NCBI GenBank assembly: GCA_973895155.1
Contig: OZ316896.1
Location: 8,887,539 to 8,951,538, forward strand
Length of the DNA: 64,000 nucleotides
Reading direction: 5' to 3'
From: Marsupella aquatica
Lineage: Eukaryota > Plantae > Marchantiophyta
Part shown: piece after piece, positions 35,571 through 48,600 of the stretch
Numbering within the stretch: the first letter of the stretch is position 1
Layout: the number at the start of each line of letters is the position of its first letter
Position numbers and translations under genes: made by a program
Notes under the pieces: generated by a model
Told to the model about the DNA's origin: nothing
Seen by the model: only the letters and a program-made list of their open reading frames with translations
Database searches by the model: none

Positions 35571-37921
35571 ATGACTTGTAGAAGACGGTTGACAGCCAAT
35601 GGGCCCGCTGCAGCTTATGACATTGTGATGTCATCACAGAGAAAACCAACTCAGGGTAAAGGGAGAGCTAACACAGCATCCGCTGAAGGAATTTTTTCAT
35701 CTCACGACAATGACTGGTCCTTTCGCACTAGGCATGGTGCCGCCAGGAAAAAATTGAACATGGGTACATCGGAATCCCCCATCAGAAATGAAACAACTCC
35801 AGAAGAAGATGGAGGCAGTGGAAGGCACTCACCTTACATGAGGTACAAGGTGTTTTTTTAAAATGTATTGCTATTGAGATGATCTAGATTTATATGATTA
35901 TATAACCTTCTCTTTCTTGGGATTGTGTAGATTTCAAACACAGGCACCCAGGCCCAGGTCTACCACTGGTAATGAAACAGATGTTACAACAACCAGGAGA
36001 AGGAAGTATGTTGATCTGACTGATGACGAAAATATCAGGTACATTGTACTCTTGATTTAATTTATTAATTTTTGCTTTAGGTTTGTGAACTGTATTGGAA
36101 TTGACGATTCAATAATTTGCCATTCGCATTTTGCTAAAATGCAGAGAGGAAGAGGAAACTCCTAGACCAGGAAGGCCGGAAGTGCAGAGAAGAGACTCTG
36201 TGAACAATGAAGGACCTATGAGGTAACCATGTAAGTTATACAAGTCTCTTTTATGTATAAGGTTATGTAATATTTAGTATTGAAAACTAATGGTTTTTTT
36301 TTAATCTTTTGCAGAGAGGAAACTCCTAGACCAGGAAGGTCAGAAGTACACAGAAGAGACTCTGTGAACAGTGAAAGACCTATCAGGTACATATGAAAGT
36401 TATACAATTCTATTTTAACTAATAGATCATGTAAAGTTTAGTATTGTGAACTAATGATTTTTTTCCTCTTTTGCAGAGAGGAAATTCCTAGACCAGGAAG
36501 GTCAGAAGTACACAGAAGAGACTCTATGAACAGTGAAGGACCTATCAGGTAAATATGAAAGTGATACAAGTTTCTTTTACCTAACAGATTATGTCAAGTT
36601 TACTATTATAAACTAATGTGGTTGTTTAATCTTTGTAGAGACCAGACAGTGGCTTGGGATAGGAGCAGAAATCCAAGTAGAGTTCCTGATAGCGATCCAA
36701 GCAGACAACAGCCTGATGATATGGCTAATCAGAGCCCTTGCAGGTAAAGATCATTATGTGAACATCTATTTTTATTTCACAAGGCTTGGTTTTCAGACTT
36801 GATGCTTTTGGTAAAACAATGAAGATACTAATAGTTGTTTTCATGGTGTGCAGACAGAGAACAGATACTGCAGATGCCTTTGAGAGATTGCACTACAAGG
36901 CAATGATAGAACAAGTAAAAGAATATAAGAGCACTGTGGCCAACCTACAGAGGATCCAAACCGGAGTTTTGCATAAGATTGTGGAGCTGCCTCGACACTG
37001 TAGATGGGAATGTGTCAGTAAAGTATTGACTGATGTGGTTTCGTCATTTCTACTTGGCTCTGATGCAGAGTGTACACTGTATCCATCTGAACATCAATTG
37101 ATTCCCAGAATTTTGCAAGCTTTTGGTGTTGGCATGAATGACAGAGATAAAGTAGAACAATTTTTTACACAATGGGGGAAAGGAGGTCAAGAAAGTATCA
37201 TGGGGAAAGTTTTTGACAATATTCGGGATAGGCGAGGGGCTATCTTGAGAGTAAGTTCTCTTTCCTTCATCATCCAGTCCTTTTCAGTCATTGGATTGAT
37301 GAAGTGTTATCTGCAGTGTTTGTTTTATAATAACTTGTATTGTTTATTGATTATTAACTATGGCTGTTATGTTTTCAATGTTTTTGCAGGTACTTAGGGA
37401 AGAGTTCTATGCTCAGCTTGGAACACCTAAGCCCAGAGATGGATCAGACATAGCTGTAACAGACTGGAAAGACAGATTAGCATCATTGAGAAGGAATAGA
37501 GAGTGGAGGAGTGACAGTGAAGGAGATAGATATGATCCATGGGGTACCTTGACCATTCATCATTCTATTTCCCGTGTGCTGAAGGGAATTAGATATGACA
37601 AAGAATGTCCTATATCAATCAGTGTTCATCAGGCTGGATTCTTTTTTCATAATGTGAGTATCATTATTTACTCCTTTACAAGTTTGGTGTTCAGTTTCTT
37701 TATTACAGATTTAAGGTTTAGTACATCTCTAATTAAGGTTTTTCTTGCACATATAATGGATTCTAATCATTCATTTGTAATTACAGCTTGAGTTGGCTAT
37801 GGAGGGCAGAGTGATGGAGGCATCATGAATGCATCTCCATCACAGGTGCATGAGTGAGATGGAGGAAAAAGTTAAAGGATACAGAAAGGACATGAGTAGG
37901 ATTCGTATTGTGATGGAATGA
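35571..37921 (+). pseudogene. Second (accessory, TnpA-position) gene of the Plavaka element; ~500 codons, 9 exons, unknown function, premature stop in the last exon
   Basis: Phase-consistent GT-AG exons 35571-35842, 35931-36038, 36145-36222, 36315-36386, 36477-36548, 36639-36743, 36854-37250, 37390-37653, 37787-37921. Disordered N-half, helical C-half (..FERLHYKAMIEQVKEYK..VFDNIRDRRGAILRVLREEFY..). In-frame TGA at 37826 with the frame continuing to 37921. Confidence 0.7.
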
Positions 37922-37997
37922 GATTTAGGATAGTGAGTCTTGTCCTAATTGAAGATAGGAAGATATGTGACTATTGAATAATTGCAGACTATTATAG

Positions 37998-38093
37998 TGG
38001 CTATATGAAGAGACGGAATGTAGGTAGAGGGATGAGTCGACCCTCTGGCTATATGAAGAGACGGAATGTAGGTAGAGGGATGAGTTGACCCTC
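37998..38093. repeat. 49-bp tandem duplication 3' of the accessory gene
   Basis: 'tggctatatgaagagacggaatgtaggtagagggatgagt(c/t)gaccctct' twice. Confidence 0.9.
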
Positions 38094-40649
38094 TTGTATC
38101 ATGTACTCTTTATTGTCTTTGTCTTTAAAATGAAATGTTTTGAAGTTTTTTCATAGTTGCAAATACTTGACATATTTCTCTTTGTAAAGGTCTTTCGAAA
38201 GTGATTCCTATGTCAATTTTAGTACCCCTATCCTAAATGTGATGTGGAATGTATAGGCAACAACATTGAAATAATGTTGTATCTTAGACTAGGAAACTAT
38301 ATTGAAATGACAAATTAATTCCATTCTATTAGTTCAACATGGAATATAAGAATATGTATTGGTGCAAAGATAAATGAAAGACGTTGAAACATTGATGTAA
38401 AATGTAAAGTTGTACCCTCAAATAAACTATCCATAAACCTTAGAGATTATGCAAAGAAGATAAGGAAAAACATTAATATATGCTTGTCCAAAATATAATG
38501 TAGATAGTAAGTACCAATGACCCATGACATATTAATGAAAATAAAGGTATCTATCATTGTCTTATCAACATTAGATACCTATCATTATATAGAAGAAGAA
38601 GAGATGCTGGTTTACTGATATATTATCAATGAAATTTAATCTGATCCTCGATGATTGGACGTTGAAACTACATTGTTATAATATTGAGACAACATTGACC
38701 AAATATTGATCTATCAATGAAAGTCTATTAATTGAAGAATGGTTTTTATTACCAAATGTATTGAAAATACATTGTAACATTGTCCATACAATATTGACCA
38801 AACATTGATCTAACAATGAAAATCTAATGATACAACAATGTATTTCATTGTAGAATCATGCAAGAATAAACGTGGAATAAGTTGACAATGAATCATCACG
38901 ATGAGCCCAATGATTTGTTAATGTAATATTTTGTGAAAATTACAAAGCAATGAATCATTGTGGCACCCACAAATATCCAGTAATGCTAGGTCAACATGAT
39001 AACATTTATGATTTTACAGTGTATTCTTATCGCACCCTTCATGGGTTTATAAATCATTGTTTAATTGCAAAATAATAGGAACCCTAATTTCCTGATGCAA
39101 GTTCTCCCCGACACACAACTTCCAAGCCCAATCTTCATTGCAGAGAGCTCCTCCCTGCTGCTCAGTGTACGTGAGATCACACAACTGAAATCCCTCTGCC
39201 TCTACCAGGGTATTGCTCTATATACTCTCACATTGAGCCCAAATGGGTGGATGCTATGCTGCTGGAGCCCCATCCCAGCCCTAACAGAGCCGCCACTATC
39301 TCTAACTATTGAACCGTAACTCGCAGCTTTATTTCTATCTCGAATTGGCTATGTACTTCGGATTTGGCCATCCTCAATAGTTTTTGCGAGCTTGCACCTC
39401 CTCTCCCAATTTCTCCATTCAACCATTTGCTGCGTGGATAGCGGCTTGAGCTCCCCTTTCCAACAAGGTCAATTATAGCCGATTTGGTCCAATCCACAAA
39501 ACGTTATGCCCCCGCAACCGAGAGGGGTTACTCACCACAATGCTAACCCGAGTTACATAGCTAACCCGAGTTTGGCTAACCTAGCTATCCTATCTAACCC
39601 AAGTAGAGCTAACCCGTGGTCTCAGGTTAGGCCGCTACCCGCTATCTGCTAACCTAGACTAAGTTGAGCTCGAACCCAAGAGTATCTATGCTAACCCAAG
39701 CCCGAGTTTAGTCTAACCCGGGCTCAATCTAACCCGAACCCAGGTTAAGCCTAAGCTGAAGCCGTGCTGACCTGGGCTAAGCCGTGGCCGAGCTTAGGTT
39801 AACCCAAAACCGAAGCGAATCCGCTAATTCCGGCCATAAGTTAACTCGTCACACTAATCAGACCGTATCTTTCTTAATACACCTCCATTTCCCTAATGTT
39901 TTATATCTATTTTACTCCCCTTGACCAGATCTTTCCAATCCTCTTTACAGATCTGGATTTGATGAAGTATTGAAAAAGATATGGTCACCGACCACCCGCA
40001 ACATAACTTTTTATTTCCCTAACTTAACATTCTAAGACTAGACCATGAACCACTAACCTAACACATGGAATGAAGATGCACACAAAAGACATTAGGATTG
40101 CATGATGAAAACAATCACCATACCACAAGCCTTTTCTTCAATTGTGGAGACTTGCTTCAATTGTGGAGACTTGCTTACCACCTATGCCCCTACATGTGCA
40201 TCATTCCTAGAGAGTCCCCATGCTCCATTGTGCCCCAACACGGTAGTATGGTAGGGGAGGTGAATCCTGTTATCCTCCAGCTCCTTATTTGTGGCCTTGA
40301 CAATGATTGTCGCTGTTATGTCTGCCTGGGCTGTGTGCTCTTCAAGCTAAATTGTCCTAGTCCTGCTCTAAACACCATGATTGCCCTTATTCTTGCCATC
40401 TTGCCGATTGTTATGTAGTCTCACAGTTACTTACTACGTACAACATACCAATTCCATCATATTATTGAATAAGGACCATGTCATCGGCGTCACAAGAAGA
40501 GATGTCATTTAGTAAAATATAGTTACCATTGTGATGTTTGTCAATAATATATCAGTGTTTTTTATTTTTAATTGTTTGCAAGTTTGAAAAAACCAATCGA
40601 CAGAAATAGACATAGTTAGAACCCTTTTGGCTCCACATTGTAATACTAA

Positions 40650-41600
40650 ATAGTCAATCTTCTTAGTACTTGATGAAATCTGTCAATGTTTGATTCATTG
40701 GAAAGCTCAAGATCAAGATATAGAAACTCATGACCTCTTTAGTAATGTCTTGATAAAATCTCTCTATGTCACAGTCATTGGAAAGCTAGCGTAAAATTAG
40801 AAACTCATAATCTCCTTAGTACTTGACAAAATCTATCAATGTTAGGTTCATTGGAAAGCTAGAGAAATTTGGATACTCACGATCTCTCTAATTCTTGACG
40901 AATACTCCCAATGTAACACATTAGAAAGCTAGAGAGATTGAAAACCTCATGATCTCTTTAGTACTATGACAAACTCTAACATGAAATTTGTCAATGTTAG
41001 ACTCAATGTTGGAATGCTAAATTTGTCAATTTTAGACTCAATGTTGGAGCCTCCCCATTGGTGGGCGCCGCATCAGACTGGCTAAGGCTAGGGATCTCAT
41101 AGCTTTAGAACGACGACACTAGTTTGCTAGGAGTACTGGCAGAGTCACCTCGGTGGCTACGTTGCAGGTCTAGAAGTGATAGCTACGGGGATAGCTATTG
41201 GAAGAGGCTGACTGGGTTACCTTGCTTTACCAGCTCTAGGGTTCTACAAGTTTGAATGATGTATGGGTCCTTGTCACTCATGTTTTGTGTCATTAAGTCT
41301 AGTTCCGCCTTTTTTTGATTCTGGCCTTTGCCTTTGCCTTCTGGTCTCCTAGAGGGAGTTGACCTGATGTATCTATGGGGCTGTCTGCTTCCCCATGGCC
41401 GTGGGGTTTTTGCGGTCTTACTTTTATCTTATAAAAAATATTTTCCCAGGAATGTAGGAAAGCTAAAAGAATTCATGAACTTTGAATTTGAATTTGAATT
41501 TTGAATTTTGTCATAGTCATTTGAAAGGCAAAGAAATTCAAAAACTCATTTGGAACTTGACAAAATTTGTCAATCTGAGGCTCTTTGGAAACCCTTTCTT
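40650..41600. repeat. Degenerate ~58-60-bp tandem array interrupted by a ~400-bp insertion (41050-41440) ending in an A-rich tail
   Basis: Repeated 'cattggaaagctag..aaactcatgatctctttagtacttgacaaaatctgtcaatgt'. The insert ends 'ttatcttataaaaaa', resembling a LINE/SINE 3' end. Confidence 0.65.
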
Positions 41601-43380
41601 GATTAAGAGATGTCACAATCTTGTCACTGTCACAAACTTAGTGGCTGCAAATTGATTTATTCGATTACGTCGTCATTGCTTGTCCGCAATGCTTGCTTCT
41701 CGACTTGAATTGTTTGCGTCCCTCCAGTCTTCAATTGAAGCTCACTCTGAACATAGGTTGATGCCAAATGCAGCCTTTATGTCGAAGAAACAATCGTTGG
41801 TCTCCCCCTCACACTTTAGCTTTCTTAAATCAAAAAAATTACCAAACTTTCATGTGAATTGATGGCTAGTCCGTTCCGTGCGTTCTTCCCACCGAAATGA
41901 CAAGCGCTCTTCCGACAATAGCTGAGTGTTGTCCTTCGGTCTGTCTTGTGGCCGTAATGCTCAACATAACTCACAAACGATCAATCAAGAATGGTAGAAA
42001 CATGATTTCTCTAATGTGTAGGCGAAAACCATAAAATAACTCAAATCCTCTACATTCAACATTCCGTTTGATAAACCAGAGAGATCATCTCAATCAGATC
42101 GATCTCCTCTACCTTTCAAGCGTTTGATTTTGTACGAGCACATACCAAGACCACCAGGAGACTCAACACCATCGGTTACCGCCTTGCTGAAAATTTATTT
42201 TACTTCATCACACACACATTCCTTGGATGAATATGGGGGTCCACGGATTAATTCTTGCTTTTGGGGTGAAGGAGTATTTTGGGTATTTTCTTGGATTAAG
42301 GATTGAGCAAAGGAGTGATTTTTGTTGTTTCTTATTTCTTAAGGTTACATATATTTATGAGGTGAGAATGAGGTGTTTTTTTGTTATTAAGTGGGGGAAT
42401 GAAGAAGATATTTGAAGAGTGCGTTTGGTTTGGTTTTTTGGTTTTTTCCCTTTCTTTGTGCAACCCTTGCAATTTCATATTTAAAATTCTTTTTCATCTC
42501 ACATGTATTCCTCCTTTTATAATATGTGATCTTGCCCTCCCTCTCCCATGGGCCAGATACAAGAAAATTAAAACAATAAAAGAAAATTGGGAAAATCAAT
42601 CCTCTACCTTTTGTTGTCTCCGTCCTTTCTTACCATGGCATTTCCCTTCCCTTTGTCTAAACCCATCTTGTCCTTTTTAGAGGCAAATTTGAGGTTGTTT
42701 ATACTACACATTTTGTCAAAAGGCACATAATGATGAGGGCAAAGGATAACCAAAAGAGAGGCAAAAGGATTCCTATCCATTAAAACACCTAAAATTACAA
42801 CGATAAAAATCACCAAAGGAATTAACTATAAGGTGGTGATATAGTGAGTTTTCTGTTTTATACATTAATATGGTTTTCTCTTCCTTTAGAGTGAGCTGGG
42901 GTGGAGGGAGTGTCTTGATGGGAGGGATTATGAACAGGACAAGAGAGGGGAGAGGGGGTAGGAAACTCCTCCAGTTTCCACATGAGCTACTATACTTTCA
43001 TGGGTTACTATACTTTCATGGGTTAGATTGTTAACAGACCCAAACTGGACTCTAAATAAGGACAAGGTGAGGGTGAAAAAACAAAACAGGGGATGGGCCA
43101 AATATAAAACTGGAGATAGCGTAGAATTATTATTTCACAAATGTTTTTTTTTAAACTTCATCTCTATTTACCTTGAAGGTATGGATGCTCAGGCTAGTAC
43201 AATATATTTCACGTCGATGGCACCCCTTACTTGGTGTACACCGGTTACATGGAATGGGTGCCGATTTCTTACACTTACGAGAGGATGGGGCTTTTTCATC
43301 ACGGACTAGGAATAGGGTTACTTCTATCCGTTAAGTTTTTAAATTGCTGGAAAAACAAAATCCGTAAATGACATTCCCGC

Positions 43381-43680
43381 CGTGGGTACAGCACGCATAC
43401 TGTAACTCCCACGACGCTTACGGTGTAAGAAATCCGGAGAGGACAACAGAGCGTGGGCAGCACGCATGCTGTAACACGCACGAAGCTAACGGTGTAAGGA
43501 AGTGTAAGAAATCCGGAGAGGAGAAGAGACTGTGGGCAGCACGCATGCTGTAACACGCACGACGCTTACGGTGTAAGAAAGCGGGAGAGGAGAACAGAGT
43601 GTGGTCGGCATGCATGCTGTAACACGCACGACGCTTACGGTGTAAGAAAGTGTAAGAAAGCCGGAGAGGAGAACAGAGGA
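43381..43680. repeat. Four-unit minisatellite (alternating ~70 and ~79 bp) in the SCE1 upstream region
   Basis: Unit gtgggcagcacgcatgctgtaacacgcacgacgcttacggtgtaagaaa[gtgtaagaaa]tccggagaggagaacaga. Confidence 0.92.
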
Positions 43681-43910
43681 GGACTCACACTACTGTCGCG
43701 TAGAGGGAGAGGTCGTCTCTCGAGTCAATCATATAATTAAGTGTAGAGAGCGCGTGCGCACGCAGAAGGTGGGAGAAAGGTGTGTCGAGCGAGGTCGTCC
43801 ATCGCCATCTCTGGCCTGAATTATATGTTCGTTTGGTTCGGGCTCCATCCATCGCTGCTGGGGTTGATCTATCGTGGTGCGGAAAACGAGACGAGCAGGG
43901 GAGGCGAGAG

Positions 43911-45604
43911 ATGTCGAGTGGCATTGCAAGGGGCCGGCTCGCGGAGGAGCGGAAAGCGTGGCGGAAGAATCATCCTCATGTACGTATGGGTGGGTGGGAG
44001 AGCGCGCTCTCGCAGGCACCACCACCAAGGTTTTACCCTGTTTTTCATCCAATTTTGGGCTCCCTTTTTGTCCGCCCTTCTTCCCGCGTGCTGCGTCTCT
44101 CGTTTCGCTCCGTCCTCTGATTTTTCTGCTTACTTTCTTTCCTCTCGGCATTCCGGCGGTGATACGCTGGGCCCCGTCCTCTCGCTAGGGTTCGGGAATT
44201 TATAATTTTCAGAGCGGTGTTCCTTCGTTTGTACTTGTTCTTGTTCGTCGATACTGTTCTTCTGGGGCGCAAGCGGCACTGGACTGAGCGCAATCGGAAT
44301 CGCAACTCAAATTGAGAGGGCACAGGCGATGAGGGTAGTGTGAGTGTTGTTAGTGAGGGGTCATGCAATGTGTCGGAGACTAGACGCTATCTGTGGGTGA
44401 GAAATTATTTGATTCTTGTGGCGTCTTCGCTCAAGTTCAGTTGAAGTCAGCTCATCTTAACATCAGAGCACATTGGTCCATCGTTTCGAAATTTATCCTA
44501 TTCTCATATTCCTGCTGACTTCTCGAGTCGCTTTAGTTATTTTTGCTTTGTCGAACTGACTCGGGAAACAATCTGCTGGTCAGACTTTACTATTAGGGTT
44601 AATACCTGGACACATAGACTGGCCAGCCCGAGGCACTTACTTTCGCGATAACAATATTTTGATGCACTCTGGGTCGCGTAGAATTCACTCTTCGTGCATT
44701 CTGACCAGTAATTTTATAATGAAGGAACATTGTTTCGAGTTTTCTGCATTTAACATTGGGATCAACTTGTGCAGGGTTTTGTTGCAAGGCCAGATGCGGC
44801 ACCGGATGGTTCGCTGAATTTGATGACTTGGCAGTGTACTCTGCCTGGTAAATTAGGCGTATGTATTCCAATGTCGGTTTTTCAGTGAACACAAGATTTA
44901 TTAGAACTGCTGTGACCTTGTTTTGGTGACTTCCATGAAAATGGATGAAAATTTGAGCTGTTTTTCGTTCTTGATTATTTCATCGCTGCAGACTGATTGG
45001 GAAGGCGGATTTTTTCCGCTGGCCATCCATTTTACCGAAGACTATCCCAGCAAGCCACCAAAGTGCAAGTTCCCAGCTGGCTTCTTTCATCCCAACGTCT
45101 ATCCATCTGGAACAGTTTGCTTGTCTATACTCAACGAGGACTCGGTAAGTACAACCAATGCGCACCTGGTTTCTCATCTGTGTTCTTTCCTTTACATTCA
45201 TCCTAATGTGATTTGGTTCGACAGGGCTGGAGACCTGCAATTACCGTGAAGCAGATTCTAGTTGGTATTCAAGAACTTCTGGATCAACCCAATGCTTCAG
45301 ACCCCGCTCAAACGGAAGCCTATCAACTGTTCATCCAGGTAAGATGTGATTTCCTCTCCATTGCCTCGCTCTGAGGGTCGGACATTCAAGTTGATCACGG
45401 ATTGCCCGGCGTCTTTCCTTCCGTTATGCTCCTGCCTATTTTCTGCAGCCATCCTGCCACTTGTTATCGTCATAACAACAGTCTCTTGATGCGCCTTCCG
45501 GACTTTTTATCTGAATGACAACTATGGCATTTTATCTGCAGGATCCAGAGGAGTACAAGAGAAGAGTAAAACTCCAGGCTAAGAATTTTCCCCCACCTGT
45601 CTAA
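43911..45604 (+). CDS. SCE1: SUMO-conjugating enzyme E2 (SCE1/UBC9), 5 exons, 160 aa
   Basis: Exons 43911-43979, 44775-44858, 44992-45144, 45225-45338, 45542-45604. [29 protein letters not shown]...[32 protein letters not shown]...[11 protein letters not shown]; intact frame and catalytic Cys. Confidence 0.97.
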
Positions 45605-48600
45605 CATACATGGATAGACACGGGTCCTGTGGAGCATTTTTCTGTGGATGGTTCCTGCGGTAGCTTGTAAAAGTTTCATGATGCACTTAAGGACTGCGGT
45701 AACGTGCTGAAATTAAATCTCCAAAGAACCCTACACTTTCGACCATGCTTGGCCAAACGGTAAGACTTGCACAGGACGATTGGATGGGCTGCTGTCAATT
45801 GTCAGTCTGGAAAATTAGCAGTCCAGAGCAGCTATTGTTGCTTTTCACTGATGACTTTCATTTCACCTGCGTATTTCATTGGATGATGGCCCTTCCTAAC
45901 TCCACAGTTAAGCTACGTTTATGAAGAAAGAGGTCTTGACATCTTTTCGTACAATGGTGGACGTGATCTCCATATCCTTTAGCCAGAATGTAGCGTCAGG
46001 AAAAACTCCCTCCTCTCTCATTGTTAGATGTTCATAGAGTAGAGTTGATTTTTGGTGTGGTATAGATGCATAATCTTCTATTTTAGATACAGCTTGTTTC
46101 TCAAGTTGCTGAAGCGTTTCTAAGGTCGGTTTTGTCAGTGGCAACTTGGAGCAGTTGTGAGAAGCTCCGTTAGCCAAAGAAACAATATTCCATCAGCTTA
46201 AAGGAATTGATCAAGTTGTACCACTTTGAAGGCTTACCCTCTATACAGGTCTTCAGAGCCAAGAATTGTGAAACTTTTGTAACATGATGCTCATTTGCAC
46301 ATATATCTTCCAAGGTTTTTGTGATTAGTGTCTGTCAATTGGCTGTTTATGAACTGTTATTTGACCTGAATGTTACACCAATCACGAAAAGCCCTGGGGT
46401 GAGGTGGTCCACATTGTCTCTATCGTGCATGTGAATTCATCAGATGCAAGGTACGAACAAGGTAGCTGTGAAGTCGAAGGTTTCTTAAGATGGAGTGATG
46501 TCCTTATGCTGTTGAAATCAATGTCGGACAGCTAAGATTAGTGCTGTTATGTTTATCAAGAGTGAACTATATGAAGTTAGGTTATCTCGGCATTGTTATA
46601 ACGTTAGGCACGGATGGTGAAGGCATAGGCAAAATTTGAACTTCCTGGCCATTGATAGAACACAATTTCCATTGTAGTTGGTTGGAATGTGACACCAATC
46701 CTGCCAACTTCTGATGTTGGGTGTGGTTGGTGAGACTAGGTTGAAATATGCTAGCTTTTGACTGTCAAACTGAAGCCAAAACTACTGGTGGGGCAATTTC
46801 TAAAAACGTTGCTGCATGAGAAAGGTGAAGCTAAAATGAGGAAGGTCTTGTGCTCCTGGCCATTTGTCCACGGACTAAAACTGAGATAAAGAAGGGCACC
46901 ATTCCATGGGCCGGAGTTGAGAAATCGGTACTTTTGGGAATGTTCTAGACCACTGAAATTGATGGTTTGAGACATTAAATTCAACTTCGGAAAATGAGAT
47001 CTAGAAATGGTTAGCAAAAACCAAGGATTCATGCTCTCTCGAAAGATAGAGAATGTTTTGACCTAAAACACCAAAACCATTGAAAGACCTACTCTGATGC
47101 AGATATCAAACTCCACATTTCACCCTTGAAATCCTATTCAAAACTCCAATCCTGTCAGGTTTCATAAATTTACCATAAAGTTTTACATCGCAGTCAATAA
47201 AAAGTCATCTCAGTTTGACAACGTTACCTTGCCGTTACCTTCAGAACAAACCATAATCACCACACTGATAACAGCACAGTTAAGTCAAAACATAAAAGTC
47301 CATCGCACCGGCAATGTAGAGGATGATAAAATTATTGCAAATATTACAAAGTATGCATCCACAACTGGGAAAACTCCACATGGCAAAACTCCAATCAGCA
47401 ACACAAACATCCATAAATTTCTTGCTCAAATTTAGAATCTGCAAAACTCCCCATGACAAACCTCCAGTCAGCAATACCAACATCTATAGATATATGGCTT
47501 AAATTTATAAACTGCAAAACTTTGCACAACAAAACTTCACTAGACAATACAAACTTCACTTGACAATACAATGGAAAAATAGAAAAAATCTACATGTTCT
47601 AGATAATATACCCAGCTTTGCTATCTTGTTGTTTAGCAAGGCATCCAATCAAAAGTGGCCACATGGGCCTTCCCCAAAATTGCAAGTACAATGTACCTAT
47701 TATATTAGGCTTATTCATGATTTGACAGTCCAAACATGACTACCTTCACATGTTCATTGACCAAGTTAAAAGTACTCTTAGTTTTTTATTGGTTCGATTA
47801 CAATTGTTTGTTAGATCCATTAGCAACATGCTTAGAGTGAAAAACTTCATACATTTGAGTGAAACGTTTTCTAGAGGCTGCTATAAGGCGGAACATCATC
47901 TGGCTATCTTGTCTTATTTGAAATGTTTGCAATGTATTTTAACATTAATTTGGTTGATTCTATGCTTCTCACATACATTATTTTTATTTTACTAATTTAT
48001 TTCAACCTCTTTAATTTATTTATTTCCTCAGTTTTTAGGAGGTATGTTTTTCTTTATTGGCATTGATCATTCTTTGCCGAGTTCTTTGCATGAGAAGGTT
48101 TTACCTTTCAGGCTCAACTAGGCAATTATAGTACAACTCTATACAACGATGCAGTGTAGCTTATATATCCATTGGTTGAAAAGTTTGCAATGCTTATGGT
48201 TTATGGATCAACACATGTCAAATAAATAAGGGGCTCCTCCAAATAGATATAAAGATATAAAGTTAACCTACTTCTCTTTGAATCACAAAATACTGTACCC
48301 CATAAAGGGACAAGTCAGGTTTGACTCACCACTTGGGTATGGTGTACTATCACCATACCTCATTCCAATGGTGTATTGTCACCATTTGTTAGGGAATTAA
48401 ATGCTTGGGGAATACTCTTTTGTGCCACACCATTAGCTTTCTCCCAAGACAATTAAACACATGATTTAATTCAAACATTAAATGCCTAAGGAATTTCTTT
48501 GCCACGTACTTCACTGGCTTTATTGCTCACCAAGGGCATTAAACACCTTATTTAATTCAAACATACCAGTCGTGGAACTCGATTACCCTAACACTTATCT

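Larger units (their letters stand above)
19791..39099. mobile_element. Giant (~19.3 kb) Plavaka/CACTA-related DNA transposon with two own genes and captured host-gene cargo
   Basis: Left TIR cacatcaggaatttaggatcc (19791-19811). Right end ggaaccctaatttcctgatgca (39078-39099; reverse complement tgcatcaggaaattagggttcc). About 0.8 kb of CATTG/CAATG-rich subterminal sequence inside each end. Transposase at the left, second gene at the right. No clean TSD seen. Confidence 0.8.
18360..39851. mobile_element. Probable solo LTR (~1.9 kb) split by the MITE at 19452 and the 19.3-kb Plavaka element
   Basis: Starts TGTCAC at 18360 and ends ...CGTCA at 39851. Flanking 5-mers gacta/cacta (4/5 match) are a possible TSD. 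Sequence style is similar on both sides of the inserted element. Confidence 0.45.

Noticed and set aside
43381-43680. CRISPR-like appearance of regular repeats
   Set aside because: Whole units repeat with no unique spacers, there are no cas genes, and the context is eukaryotic.
45908-46177. 89-aa minus-strand ORF just 3' of SCE1
   Set aside because: No ATG, no convincing acceptor and no recognisable family.
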